A DNA stretch of 62,377 nt, filler included, from Chrysochromulina tobinii (taxonomy: Eukaryota): assembly GCA_001275005.1 (NCBI GenBank). It is 7 parts of 7 records of this genome, joined end to end, with 100 filler letters (N's around TTAATTAATTAA, not from the genome) between each part and the next. Parts side by side here need not be neighbours in the genome. Positions count along the whole stretch, not along the records: positions 34,867 to 39,508 come from JWZX01001106.1; positions 39,609 to 55,989 come from JWZX01001107.1; 5 more parts are not named here. One strand, 5' to 3'. The notes beneath the pieces are model-generated. The model saw only the letters and a program-made list of their open reading frames with translations, made no database searches and was not told the origin of the DNA. This document shows, piece after piece, positions 34,867 through 45,951 of the stretch (its first letter is position 1; every line of letters begins with the position of its first letter). The position numbers were made by a program, and so were the translations under genes.

Positions 34867-37800
34867 ACCTCTGATGACCGCTGAGGGCCTCTCATCCACG
34901 CGGCAAGGGGGGAGGGGCGGCGTACCTCGGTCGTCGCCTTGGCGGCCTCCGGGTACGCCGCGAGGAGCGCCTGCACCACCGCCACCGATGAGCTCCACGC
35001 AGCGGCGCAGTGAAGGGACGTCCACCCTCCCTGTGCGTGGAACACAGCAGCAAGGAGAGGAGGTTGGTGAGCGATGAGGTGGGTGGAGCAGGTGTGAGGG
35101 ACAGGGTGCTTGGACGCTACGCAGAGCCAGGGGCGGTGAAGACCGCGTGCCGAGGGCCCTCTGCGTGCCTCTGAGTGCCGCTGAATGCCTCTGAGTGCCT
35201 CTGAGTGCATCTGAGTGGTCGCTGATGACCTCTGAGTGCCTCTGAGTACCTCTGATGAGCCACTGAGTACCTCTGATGGCCTCTGAGGGGCCCGCTGATG
35301 GCCTCTGAGGGGCCCACCGAGTGGCCACCGAGTGGCTCTGAGTGGCGCTGAGTGTCCTCTGAGTGCCGCTGAGTGCCCTCTGATTGCGAATGATGATCCC
35401 TGATTGCACATGATTACATATGATGACCTCTGATGACCGCTCAGGGCCTCTCATCCACGCGGCAAGGGGGGAGGGGCGGCGTACATTGGTGGTCGTCGCC
35501 ATGGCGGCCTCCGGGTACGCCGCGAGGAGCGCCTGCACCACCGCCACCGATGAGCTGTTACGAGCGGCCCAGTGAAGGGGCGTGGCCCCTTCCTGTGCGT
35601 GAAACACAGCAGCAAGGAGAGGAGGTGGATGAGCGATGAGGTGGGTGGGGCGGATGTGAGGGACAGGGTGCTTGCGGGGGGCGCGCGAGCGATGGCGAAT
35701 GTGCGGAGTCGTACGGCCGCGCCGCCGCCTCCCCCTGCGGCCCTTCCCCTGCCCCCGCCCCGTCGATCGCTTCGCCACCGATCGGTGCTGTCCCGAGCGT
35801 CGTGTACGAAATGCGGCGCACCGAATCCGTCGCTCTGGCTGCTGCTGGCGTGATCAGCGGGAGGACCTCGGCGTCGGGCCGTTCGTACGTGCTACCATCC
35901 ATCAGGAGGCTCATCCTCGCGAAGAAGGCCTTGACCTCGGCGTTGTCATTGGACTTGGCAATTTCGGCCGGCGTGTCGCCACCCTGCGGCGCGGGCACGC
36001 GGAGAACGAGGGCGGCGGAGCGAGGGTCGTCAGGGGCGAAAGGGACGGGGAGGTGCGCACGACGATGGCGCAGCAAACGGGCACGCGCGCGCGCGCGCGC
36101 CGCCGCGCCACCAATGATGGCGCTGGCAATCTCGGGTCCCGGTGCCCTCTGAGTGCCCTCTGAGTGCTGCTGAGTGCCCTCTGATTGCGTCTGATTGCGT
36201 CTGATTGCGCCTGATTGCATCTGTTTGTGCCTGAGTGCCTCTGATTGCGTCTGATTGCGTCTGAGTGCCTCTGAGTGCCTCTGAGTGCCTCTGAGTGCCT
36301 CTGATGACCTCTGAGTGGCCTCTGCGTGACTCTGAGTGCTACCGATTGCCCTCCGATTGCTCATGATGACCCCTGATTGCCCTTGATTACCTCTGACTGC
36401 CCTCTGACTGGCCTCTGATGACCTCCGATTGCTTACGATCACCTCTGAGAGCCTCTGAGGGCCCGCTGAGGGCCGCTGAGGGCCACCGAGAGGCCTCTGA
36501 TCGTCCTCTGAGTGCCGCTGATTGCCCTCTGAATGCAAATGGTGACCCCTGATTGCCCTTGATCACCTCTGAATGCCCTCTGATGACCGCTCAGGCCCTC
36601 TCATCCACGCGGCAAGGGGGGAGGGGCGGCGTACCACGTCCGTCGCCATGGCGGCCTCCGGGTACGCCGCGAGGAGCGCCTGCACCACCGCCACCGAGGA
36701 GTTGTGAAAAGCGGCGCAGTGAAGGGACGTCCACCCTTCCTGTGCGTGGAACACAGCAGCAAGGAGAGGAGGTTGGTGAGCGATGAGGTGGGTGGAGCGG
36801 ATGTAAGGGACAGGGTGCTTAGACGCTACGCAGGGCGAGGGGCGGTGAAGACCGCGTGCCGAGGGCCCTCTGCGTGCCTCTGAGTGCCGCTGAATGCCTC
36901 TGAGTGCCTCTGAGTGCCTCTGAGTGGTCGCTGATGACCTCTGAGTGCCTCTGAGTACCTCTGATCACCTCTGATGAGCCACTGAGTACCTCTGATGGCC
37001 TCTGAGGGGCCCGCTGATGGCCTCTGAGGGGCCCACCGAGTGGCCACCGAGTGGCTCTGAGTGGCGCTGAGTGCCCCCTGAGTGCCGCTGATTGCCATCT
37101 GATTGCGAATGATGACCACTGATTGCCCTTGATTACATATGATGACCTCTGATGACCGCTCAGGGCCTCTCATCCACGCGGCAAGGGGGGGAGGGGCAGC
37201 GTACCGTGTTCGTCGCCATGGCGGCCTCCGGGTACGCCGCGAGGAGCGCCTGCACCACCGCCACCGATGAGCTGCACGCAGCGGCCCAGTGAAGGGGCGT
37301 GTACCCGTCCTGTGCGTGGAACACAGCAGCAAGGAGAGAAGGTGGTGAGTGACGACGTGGGCGGGGCGGATGAGAGGGACAGGGTGCTTAGACGCGCTAC
37401 GCAGGGCGAGGGGCGGTGAAGACCGCGTGCCGAGGGCCCTCTGAGCGCCTCTGAGTGCCGCTGAATGCCACTGAGTGCCTCTGAGTGGCTCTGAGTGGTC
37501 TCTGATGACCTCTGAGGGCCTCTGAGTACCTCTGATCACCTCTGATGAGCCACTGAGTACCTCTGATGGCCTCTGAGGGGCCCGCTGATGGCCTCTGAGG
37601 GGCCCACCGAGTGGCCACCGAGTGGCTCTGAGTGCCGCTGAGTGCCCGCTGAGTGCCCTATGATTGCGAATGATGACCACTGATTGCCCTTGATTACATA
37701 TGATGACCTCTGATGACCGCTCAGGGCCTCTCATCCACGCGGCAAGGGGGGAGGGGCGGCGTACCTTGTCCGTCGCCTTGGCGGCCTCCGGGTACGCCGC

Positions 37801-37912
37801 GAGGAGCGCCTGCACCACCGCCACCGATGAGCTGTTATAAGCGGCCACGTGAAGGGGCGTGTTCCCGTCCTGTGCGTGGAACACAGCAGCAATCAGAGGT
37901 GGATGAGTAATG
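34867..37912. repeat. Tandem exon+intron units (~560 bp) with internal 10-bp CTGAGTGCCT/CTGATGACCT arrays
   Basis: Near-identical intron blocks recur at ~35031-35484, 36740-37204 and 37310-37764. Confidence 0.9.
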
Positions 37913-38187
37913 ACGTGGGTGGAGCGGATGTGAGGGACAGGGTGCTTGCGGGGGGCGCGCGAGCGATGGCGAATGTGCGGAGTCGTACGGCCGCGCCGCC
38001 GCCTCCCCCTGCGGCCCTTCCCCTGCCCCCGCCCCGTCGATCGCTTCGCCACCGGGCGGCGCTGTCCCGAGCGTGTCGCGTGCGAAATGCGGCGCACCTC
38101 AGTCGTCGCTCTGGCTGCTGCTGGCGTGATCAGCGGGAGGACCTCGGCGTCGGGCCGTCTGTACGTGTCAGGAAGCAGGAGGCTCAT
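34926..38187 (-). CDS. Ankyrin-repeat gene, one repeat per exon; exons 38187-38098, 37869-37765, 37309-37205, 36739-36635, 35983-35822, 35592-35485, 35030-34926; continues past contig end
   Basis: Five 105-108 nt phase-0 exons xGxT[PS]LHxAAxxxSSVAVVQALLAAYPEAA, each flanked by cacgcacag| and |gtacgc. Confidence 0.8.
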
Positions 38188-39063
38188 CCGCTCGCCTGGT
38201 CGATTGCGTGCGTAGGGCTGCGGGTGGGACGGACGCGGCGTGGTCAGCACGGTCCGTGGCAGCGCGCGGCACGGCGGAGGGCAAGGAGCTGCAGCTCGAA
38301 GGCACCGCGAGCAGCAGCAGCTGTCCACGTGGTGCACGGGACTTGGTGGAGAGGCTGCTGGGGGCGAGCGAGCGGCGGGCCGGCGGCGGAGGACATCGGC
38401 GCGCGACCCAAGCACAAGGGCCGCCTAGCACGCGCCATCGGATCGGTTGCCTCGCGTGCGTACCTCCTCCGCCGTCAGCAGGGTGGCAGTCCGACCAGAA
38501 TGGACGTCGAAGTTTGCGTCGTGCCCCTCATATATAAGCGCACTCTCGATCCGTACTGTGGATCTCGGGGAAATAATGTCCCATGGAGGAATAGAGATAT
38601 GTGACTTCGATTCAAGTCAAGTCACGTCAAGTCATAACTGCTCGCTCGCTCGCTCGGCAACCTGGCGCGCGGCGTCTTCCCGCTCGAAATGATCCCGCTT
38701 TGTCCTCCCGCCTCCGCGGTCCCATGGCGAAAGCTAGACCAGCACCAGGGTCCTGTTGGTGTTGCGGGATCGGATCAAATCGTCCGACGGGCCGCCGTAG
38801 GTTTCAGGGAATCCTGGAATCCAAAACTTGAATGGAAACGGCCCCCACCCCCCCACATCACCTCAGACCTCAGTGGGTGCGAAGACTGAAGACACTGTGA
38901 TCTGTGTCCGGAGTGTGAGAGGTACGTTCAACGTTGCGCGTGCGCGGTGCTGCGGCCCGCGCCCAGCTCTGTGTGTGCTGGGCCTCGTGTGAGTGCTAGT
39001 TTCGGAGTGTGCACACAGCCCGCCATTGATAAAACCGTCCGGGTCCCGGCAGATAGCGATACA

Positions 39064-39120
39064 CTGAGTGGGGCGCCGTGGTGAGCACTTGCATGCTCGG
39101 TCCGGCCGATAGCGAGACAC
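39064..39120 (-). mobile_element. Module-A insert with ~22-nt exon-like duplication; host gene not resolved
   Basis: GCATGCAAGTGCTCACCACGGCGC on the - strand between CAGTGTCTCGCTATCGGCCGG and CAGTGTATCGCTATCTGCCGG. Confidence 0.6.
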
Positions 39121-39508
39121 TGTAGTTGTCCATGTCGCCCGCCCCGCCGCCGGCACCGCCGCCAAAACTCGACCGTCCCCCGCACAGCCCCACACGAGAA
39201 CGCAAGCATGCAGAATGGTCCCCAACACACCCCTCGGCCGGCCTGCGATGCCACGTCATCGTCGATCGTGAGCTCACAGGCACACGCACTCGTCTCACGT
39301 CAGCACGCGCACTCGCGCGCCGTCATGGGCACCTCGAACGCGGCGCTCCTTCCGGCGCTCACGACGGCGCTCCTTCCGGCGCTCACGACGGCGCTCACTC
39401 CTTGGCGGCCGCTTCCTTATTTGTCGCCGCCTTGGCCGCCGCCGCCGCCACCGCCTTGGCGGCCGCGGCCGCAACGGCTCTGGCCATGGCGTCAGCTGAC
39501 AAGAGGCC

Positions 39509-39608
39509 NNNNNNNNNNNNNNNNNNNNNNNNNNNNNNNNNNNNNNNNNNNNTTAATTAATTAANNNNNNNNNNNNNNNNNNNNNNNNNNNNNNNNNNNN
39601 NNNNNNNN
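39509..39608. other. Artificial contig spacer
   Basis: N44-TTAATTAATTAA-N44. Confidence 0.98.
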
Positions 39609-42600
39609 CGGGTGCACGGGCGTCGTAGTGAGCGTCGACGGCGGGTGCACGGGCGAGCAAGAGGCAGGCGTGCTTGGCGTGATTGCACCGCCGGCACCAC
39701 CGCCGGCACCGCCCACCACGGCGCCGCCCACCACGGCGCCGCCGCGGCCGCCCATCTCGCTCGCGAGATCATTCGCCCGTTGGATTGGGGGCTTCAGACG
39801 CCCCGCTGACGATGCCCGTGCCGCAGGGTTCAAACGAGAGCGCACCTGTGGGGAGAGGAGGGCGCCGTGGTGAGCACTCGCCTGCCGAGCCGTGGTGCCG
39901 CAGGGTTCAGCCACGAGAGCGCACCGCCGCCGCCGCCATCAGACGGCTCTCGCGCTTCGCTGGCTCCTCGGACGGCTTCGGACGCAGCACACGCGGCGGC
40001 GCGAGTCGAGAGCGCCGTGGTGAGCACTTGCATGCAGGGCGGGTCCTCCGCGCTGTGGTAAGCACTTGCATGCAGGGCGGGTCCTCCGCGCTGTGGTGAG
40101 AGCACTTGCATGCAAGGCGGGTCCTCCGCATGCAATCGACGCACCTTCGGGCGCAGCACCCGCGGCGGCGCGAGGAGGAGCTCGGCCGTTACGTCCTCCC
40201 ACGCGCCGAGATTCGCGCCGAGATTCGTGCCGAGATAGCCGGCCGAGTAAGAGCAGCGGCCCGTCCCAGCGCTCAGCTTCTCTGGTCGGGACGCGACCGC
40301 GGGGCCTCCGTGCACGGGGCGGCTGGGGTGGTACGCGTGGGCGGGGTAGGGAGCGATTGCAGGGGGGGCCAATGGGGGGGCGATCATCTGGTCCTCGGGC
40401 ATCTGCACCTGATGAGGGAGGCACTCAGCACGCACTCGGCATGCAATTACGGGGGCAATCACGAGGGCGATCATCGGGGGGCGATCGTCGGGGGGCGATC
40501 TCAGGTGCAATCTCGGGTGCGATCTCGGGGGCGATCTCAGGTGCGATCTCGGGCATCTGCACCTGTGGAAATGTCGACTCGAAAGAATGAGTCAACGCAG
40601 CGGCGGCGGCGGCGGCGGCGGCGACGGGGTTGGCGGCGACAGCGGCGGCGACGGCGGCTGCAGCGGCGGCGGCTTCGGCGGCTTCGGCGGCGGCGGCGGT
40701 GGCAGCGGCGGCGGCGGCAGCAGCGTCGTACGCCGCGGCGGCAGCGGCGGCTTGGGCGGCGGTGATGGCGGTGGGGGCTGCGGTGGTTATGGGGGCATGG
40801 GCGCCGTGATGGGCATGGGCGCCGTGTTGGGCATGAGGAGCCGGCGGCGCGGCGCAGGACGAGCAGGTCGTGTTGGAGCGCCGTCTTGGGCAGCCCGTGT
40901 CACGCGGCGGCGACGTAGCCTCAATCGCGGCCCAGTCGACTTCAGACGCTCCTCCCTCAGGCATCGCCCCGTTGCGCCCATCTAAGCGCGACTCCTCCCG
41001 CGGACTAAGAGAGTGTTCGGAGGTGCGAGGGCTGTAGTGCGGCGTCTTGGGCGGCAGGCGCTCGACGCCCATCTCGGCGCCCATCTCGGCGCCCATCTCG
41101 GCGCCCTCGACGCTCGCCGCACCCGCCAGCACCCGCGCCACCGCATAGCCTCCCATCGCGTGGACCCGAGCCACCAGCCTCGACGCTAGCGACGCCGGAT
41201 CGGCAACGCCCACCTCGGCGCCCCGGGCGCCCGTCTCGGCGCTCTCTCGCGAGGGACGACGGAGGCCCGCGCTCACCGAGCGCCGTCCTGAGCGCCCATC
41301 GGCGCCGTCCTGAGCGCCCACGGCGGCGTAGCCCGTGCCGAGGGCCCTGGCTGCAATGGCCTGGTGGTACGGCTCGACGGAGGCCGAGGGCAGGGAGATC
41401 GAGAGCCTCGCGGGAGATCGCGGCAGATCGAGAGCGTCGCGGGAGATTGAGAGCCTCGCGGGAGATCGCGGCAGATCGAGAGCCTCGCGGGAGATTGAGA
41501 GCCTCGCGGGAGATCGCGGCAGATCGGCCACGGACGAGCCCGGCGACGAGTCGCGCAGCGTCGTACCGGGCGCCTTCGTGGGGGACACGAACTGGTCCAT
41601 GAGAGCGCTCAGCGAACTCCGATGGCTGCCCGCACTGCTCGAGCGCCGTGTTGGGCTCCCGTTGGTACCGGCACCGGCGTCACCGGCCGCGCCGAGCGCC
41701 GTATTGAGCGATCGGCGAAGGCTGCTCGTGCGAGATCCCAAATTAGGGCTGCTCGTGCGAGAGCCCAAATTAGGACGCTCCAGGACCGAGAGCGCATCCG
41801 CCACGGAACGTGGCTTGAGGCCCGCCGCACGGTCGGCCTTCTGGGCGGCGCGTACCTGTGGGGAGAGGAGGGCGTGGCGCCGTGGTGAGCACTTGCATGC
41901 CGAGGCCCGCCGCACGGTCGGCCTTATGGGCGGCGCGTACGATCACGTCCTTGCGCGTAATCAATGTTAATCAATGTTAATCTATGTAAATCAATGGTAA
42001 TCAATGGTAATCAATGGTAATCAATGGTAATCAAGGGCAGCGGTGCGTACGATCACGTCCTTGCGCAGCTCCTCGTGCCAGAGAGAGAGCACCATCGGGT
42101 AGCTCTCGTTCACGTCGAACTCGATCATCGCGTTCTCGAGCATACCTGTGGCGAAACGGGCGGGCGCCGTGGTGAGCACTTGCATGCTGGAGGGCGCTCG
42201 AGCTCGATCCTCGGGCGCCGTGGTGAGCACTTGCATGCTGGAGGGCGCTCGAGCTCGATCCGCGGGCGGGGCGTACTCTCATGCTCTGCCTGGCCCGCGC
42301 TCCGTCGCATCTTGAAGTGGCCGGCGATCACCTGTGGGGAGAGGAGGGCGCCGTGGTGAGCACTTGCATGCCGCGCTGGCGCGCGCTCCGTCGCCTCTGC
42401 AACACGGGCCCGGCTTCTCACCTGGTTGTCGGAGGCCCAGTCGATGCCCCAGGATTCCTTACGAGTGACGATCTGCATCGTGCCTATCAAGAAGTCAACG
42501 TACGCCTTCGGATCGAGCGAGTCGAGAGCGCCGTGGTGAGCACTTGCATGCACGGCAGGTCCTCCGCGCCGTGGTGAGCACTTGCATGCACGGCAGGTCC

Positions 42601-43247
42601 TCCGCATGCAATCGACGTACCTTCGGATCGAGCGAGTCGGTCCACAGGTCCGCCAGCTCGAACCAGCACCAGTAGAACCGCTCCTTATCCATGAAGCGCT
42701 TGCCGTCGGCGTCTTTGACCCAGTCCTCCGCGGCCGCCTCGAAGGCGGTCTTGGGCGGCGTGGTCGGGTCGAGGGCGAGGACGAGCTTTCGATGCATCAC
42801 GAGGTACTCCTCCCTGTCGATCGCCCCGCTCCGGTCCGTATCCGTCGCCTTCCAGATCGTCTCGAGCGCGCGCACGACCTTTGGGTGCGAGAGCAGCAAG
42901 ACACGCCGGCGCAGGCCCTCCTCCGTGTAGTACTGCGCGAGCAGCCGCTTCTCGCGGCGTGAGGTCGCATGCAGCTTGGCCTTCTCTCCGAGCTCGCGCA
43001 TGCGCTCGATCTTCACTTGGATCTCGGGCCGCGCCCAATACTCCTCGTCGCGCAGCGGATCGGAGGAAGCTGGGGCCGCCGCCGCCGGCACCATCCACGC
43101 TGGCGGCGGAGCAGCGTCGTCATCGTCGGATCCTGGCGACGGCAGATCAGCGTCCAGGGACGGCAGACCAGCGTCCAGGGACGGCTCGCCGTCGCCGGCC
43201 GCCTCGAAGGCGTTCTTGGGCGGCCAGCCAGTCGCCACGTCGTCCAT
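39609..43247 (-). CDS. EF-hand protein with long low-complexity C-terminus; 7 introns (42620-42506, 42421-42332, 42276-42146, 42050-41856, 40562-40409, 40144-39976, 39924-39846); 3' truncated
   Basis: DTDRSGAIDREE loop and WFELADLWT. Removing the seven GT-AG introns gives one continuous frame to the contig edge. Confidence 0.78.
39846..39924 (-). mobile_element. Module-A intron, acceptor-supplying type
   Basis: Starts with a copy of the downstream exon (GTGCGCTCTCGT..TGAACCCTGCGGCAC) and ends GTGCTCACCACGGCGCCCTCCTCTCCCCACAG. Confidence 0.8.
39976..40144 (-). mobile_element. Module-A intron, donor-supplying type, three tandem cores
   Basis: Starts GTGCGTCGATTGCATGCGGAGGACC and ends with a 30-nt copy (2 mismatches) of the upstream exon end ...CCGAAG. 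Confidence 0.8.
40409..40562 (-). mobile_element. Module-B intron, acceptor-supplying type
   Basis: Starts with a copy of the downstream exon GTGCAGATGCCCGAG and ends CTGAGTGCCTCCCTCATCAG. Confidence 0.8.
41856..42050 (-). mobile_element. Compound (nested) intron: TTGATTACCA array plus module A, with two duplications
   Basis: 22-nt duplication GCGCAAGGACGTGATCGTACGC and a 39-nt copy (1 mismatch) of the downstream exon; ends CTCTCCCCACAG. Confidence 0.8.
42506..42620 (-). mobile_element. Module-A intron, donor-supplying type, two tandem cores
   Basis: Starts GTACGTCGATTGCATGCGGAGGACC and ends with a 19-nt copy CGACTCGCTCGATCCGAAG of the upstream exon. Confidence 0.82.
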
Positions 43248-43671
43248 TTTCGACGCGCGTCGGGACGGACTCGCTGAGCAGACCGAGGAAAGGCTCGGAA
43301 GGGAAACGCCTCATACGGCGCCCTTTTGCGTGAAGTAGGTTATACTTCCAAACGCAGCACTCCACCGCGCGTGCAGCGCCTATACACCTGTACATGGTAC
43401 ATGTACATGTACCATACAGCACAGATCAGAAAACAGGGAGCATGCCCCATGCTCTGCCGTCGCGCAGAGTAGAGCTCACCACACGAGACCGTCGAGTACA
43501 TCCCGACCTTAGCCATGCTGCGACTGCCCAACCCCCGTGTGTCATGCACTTCGCTGCTGTACGAATGGCTGCTGCTGCCGCTGCTATTGCTGCTATTGCT
43601 TCGATGTCTGTGCCTGCCGCTGCTGCGAGAGAGCGCGCGCCGTGCCGGATCTTGGGCAGCTCCTTCCCCTA

Positions 43672-44208
43672 TTAGGCAGACTTCGTTACCGTCTTCTTGG
43701 CGAAAAAGTTGATGAACATGCCGAAGAAGGATGGCTTCTTCGTCGCCGCCTTCTCCGCCATCGGTTGTGCCAGCTCCGCCATCGGTTGTGCCTGCTCCGC
43801 CAACACTGAGCCCGCCTCCTCACGCTCATTCATCTCCGCAAGCACTGCAAACGGGTTCTCGCTCGCATGCTTCGTGACGTTGAACGGCGAGGTGATCTCC
43901 GGCAGCACCTCCTGTGGCGCGTCGTTCTCATTCTTCATGAGGCCGGCCGAGCGCACCGGCCGCTTCTTTGCGATCTTCTTGATCGGGCTGCTTGGCTTGT
44001 CAGCCTTGGGAGCCGGCGCCTTCTTGACGGAGGCGGACGTGCTGGTGGCGGCGGCAGCGCGGCGAGTGGTAACCGAGGGCTTCTTGCTAAAGGTGATTGT
44101 CTGCAGATCCTCGGGCTCCAGATCATTCAAAGAAGACCTGGTCACAGGATTGCGGTTCGGTCGGTGATGCGGGCAAGACAGTGCCGAGCATGGAGATCCA
44201 ACACTCAA
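43672..44208 (-). CDS. Hypothetical Lys/Ala-rich protein; 5' structure uncertain
   Basis: Codon-biased open frame; no recognisable domain. Confidence 0.4.
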   Translation of the reverse strand: MSVGSPCSALSCPHHRPNRNPVTRSSLNDLEPEDLQTITFSKKPSVTTRRAAAATSTSASVKKAPAPKADKPSSPIKKIAKKRPVRSAGLMKNENDAPQEVLPEITSPFNVTKHASENPFAVLAEMNEREEAGSVLAEQAQPMAELAQPMAEKAATKKPSFFGMFINFFAKKTVTKSA

Positions 44209-44535
44209 CGGCAGGTGTCTGTAGTGGCCGGCAATGAGTTGGTAGGAGGAGGGGTATGGGGACCGAAGGCCCCCACGCGGCGGCGCACCATTCTCCCTTG
44301 CTGGCCGGCATCGTCGTCGGCGATTTCAAATCGAAGGCCCGCGACGAAGTTCCACAGGAAGAGAAATAGTTGACGATATCCGGGCGACCTGCATCGTCAG
44401 AATTGATCTTTCAACGCAGAAGATTTCAGGAAATTGACGTTACTCACCGCTTGCGGACTTCAATACGAAACACTGTTAGGAACCTACGAAACACGATCTC
44501 GCTGGTTGCCGCTGCAAGGCCTCGGCCCTGGTAAA

Positions 44536-45770
44536 ATGCCGATCACCCATCTCTTTCACGTGCCGAATCTTGACTATCCAGGCGTGCGGCATTTGCATCG
44601 CGATCCAGACATAATTGCCATCGATCACTTTGCCAGCGACGACGAGTGCGACGGCCTGGCGCAGCTCTACGCGCGCTCGCACGGCCGAGCGCGCCCATCG
44701 GCGACTGCTCCTGGTCAGGAGGCGCTGCGTACGTCGACGACCGTGTTTCCGGACGAGCTAGAGGTGCGATGGCTGCGCGAGCGCATCGCTCAGGCTACCA
44801 ACATCGCATCGCTCGAGCAGCTGGAACCGACCAAGCTGACCCGCTATGCTGCGGGCGAGTACTTTCGGAAGCACATCGACGCCTCCTTCCTCAACGAGAA
44901 GATGTGGGCTTACGCCGCGCGCCTCGCCGGCGTCGACGAGGACGGCGTGCAGGCGCCGTGCAGCTGGCCGAGCCGCTTCGTCACCCTCTTCCTCTACCTC
45001 AATGACGTGGACCGAGGCGGACGTACGCGCTTCCGTTGGCTCCACAGCTCGGCATGCGGAGGGCGGCATGCGAGGGCGGCATGCGAGGGCGGCATGCGAG
45101 GGCGGCATGCGAGGGCTCACCACGGCGCCATCCTCTCCCCACAGGTACGCGCTTCCGGTGGCTCGACGGCTCCGGATCCATGCCTGGCGGCGCTGTCTTC
45201 ACGCAGTCGATCGAGGCACTCGCTGCGGCCGCGGCCGCCGCCGATGCTTCTTCCGTGCCCATCACGGCGCTTCCTCACGAATTCCGTGCCCATCACGGCG
45301 CCGATGCTTCTTCCGTACCAGGGACAGCCGAGCCGCCTGCGACCGCGCCCATCACGGCGCCTGACGAACCACAGGGTTCGACCAGCGTGAACGAGCTGCC
45401 TGCGACCGCGCCGGCCTTTCGAGAGCCCGCGTCGGAGTTGAACATCAAGGAGCTCAACATCAAGCCGATCAAGGGGACGGCGATCTTGCACTTTCCGAGC
45501 ACACGCCAAGAGTTCGGATGCGTACCAGATCCGCGCACGATGCACGAGAGCGAGCCAGCTCTGGACGAGAAGCTCATCGTGCAGCAGTTCATCTGGCCCG
45601 TGCCGCTGCGAGCGCCGAGTGCGGCAGACGGCCATGGCTTCGCCAGCGAGGCTCAGGGGCAGGCGCAGGGGCAGGCCGAGGGCATCATGTGGGGCGCCCA
45701 GCACGGCGCCCAACATGAAGACGTGCGGGCCGAGTGGGCGGCCATCCTGGCCGCCGCTGGCAGCGGCTGA
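44536..45770 (+). CDS. Prolyl 4-hydroxylase-like 2OG-Fe(II) dioxygenase; exons 44536-45022 and 45145-45770
   Basis: RTSTT, YFRKHID, RFVTLFLYLNDVDRGGRTRF, KPIKGTAILHF, DPRTMHESEP, EKLIVQQFI. Confidence 0.88.
45023..45144 (+). mobile_element. Module-A intron, acceptor-supplying type
   Basis: First 28 nt copy the downstream exon (3 mismatches); GGCATGCGAGGGC repeats; ends CTCACCACGGCGCCATCCTCTCCCCACAG; removal restores the conserved GGRTRF motif. Confidence 0.85.
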
Positions 45771-45951
45771 GTGGTGCCGTTGAACAGCAACAGCACCAGG
45801 CAGGCAGACGTGTAAAAGTTATGATCTCCAAAGTCATCATCGTTTTCACAACCGTTTCGCTTCCTGGCTTCGGGAGCTCTGCGTTCGCCCCGTCTGTCGC
45901 CCACTTGGCGACTCGCGACGGCCCTCAGTTCGACTTGGACAAAGCTGCTCG

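Noticed and set aside
34815..38415. ORF-track proteins of 198-529 aa with SEALRGTQRH-type repeats
   Set aside because: Read-through translations of repeat-filled introns; only the short ankyrin exons are credible coding sequence.
41941..42035. (TCAATGGTAA)n as a telomeric or satellite repeat
   Set aside because: Short, intronic, bounded by an exon duplication, and a variant of the intron 10-mer vocabulary.
39846..42620. Recurring 24-nt GCATGCAAGTGCTCACCACGGCGC as a CRISPR-like repeat-spacer array
   Set aside because: Spacing is irregular, copies sit inside spliceosomal introns of eukaryotic genes, intervening DNA is host exon, and there are no cas genes.
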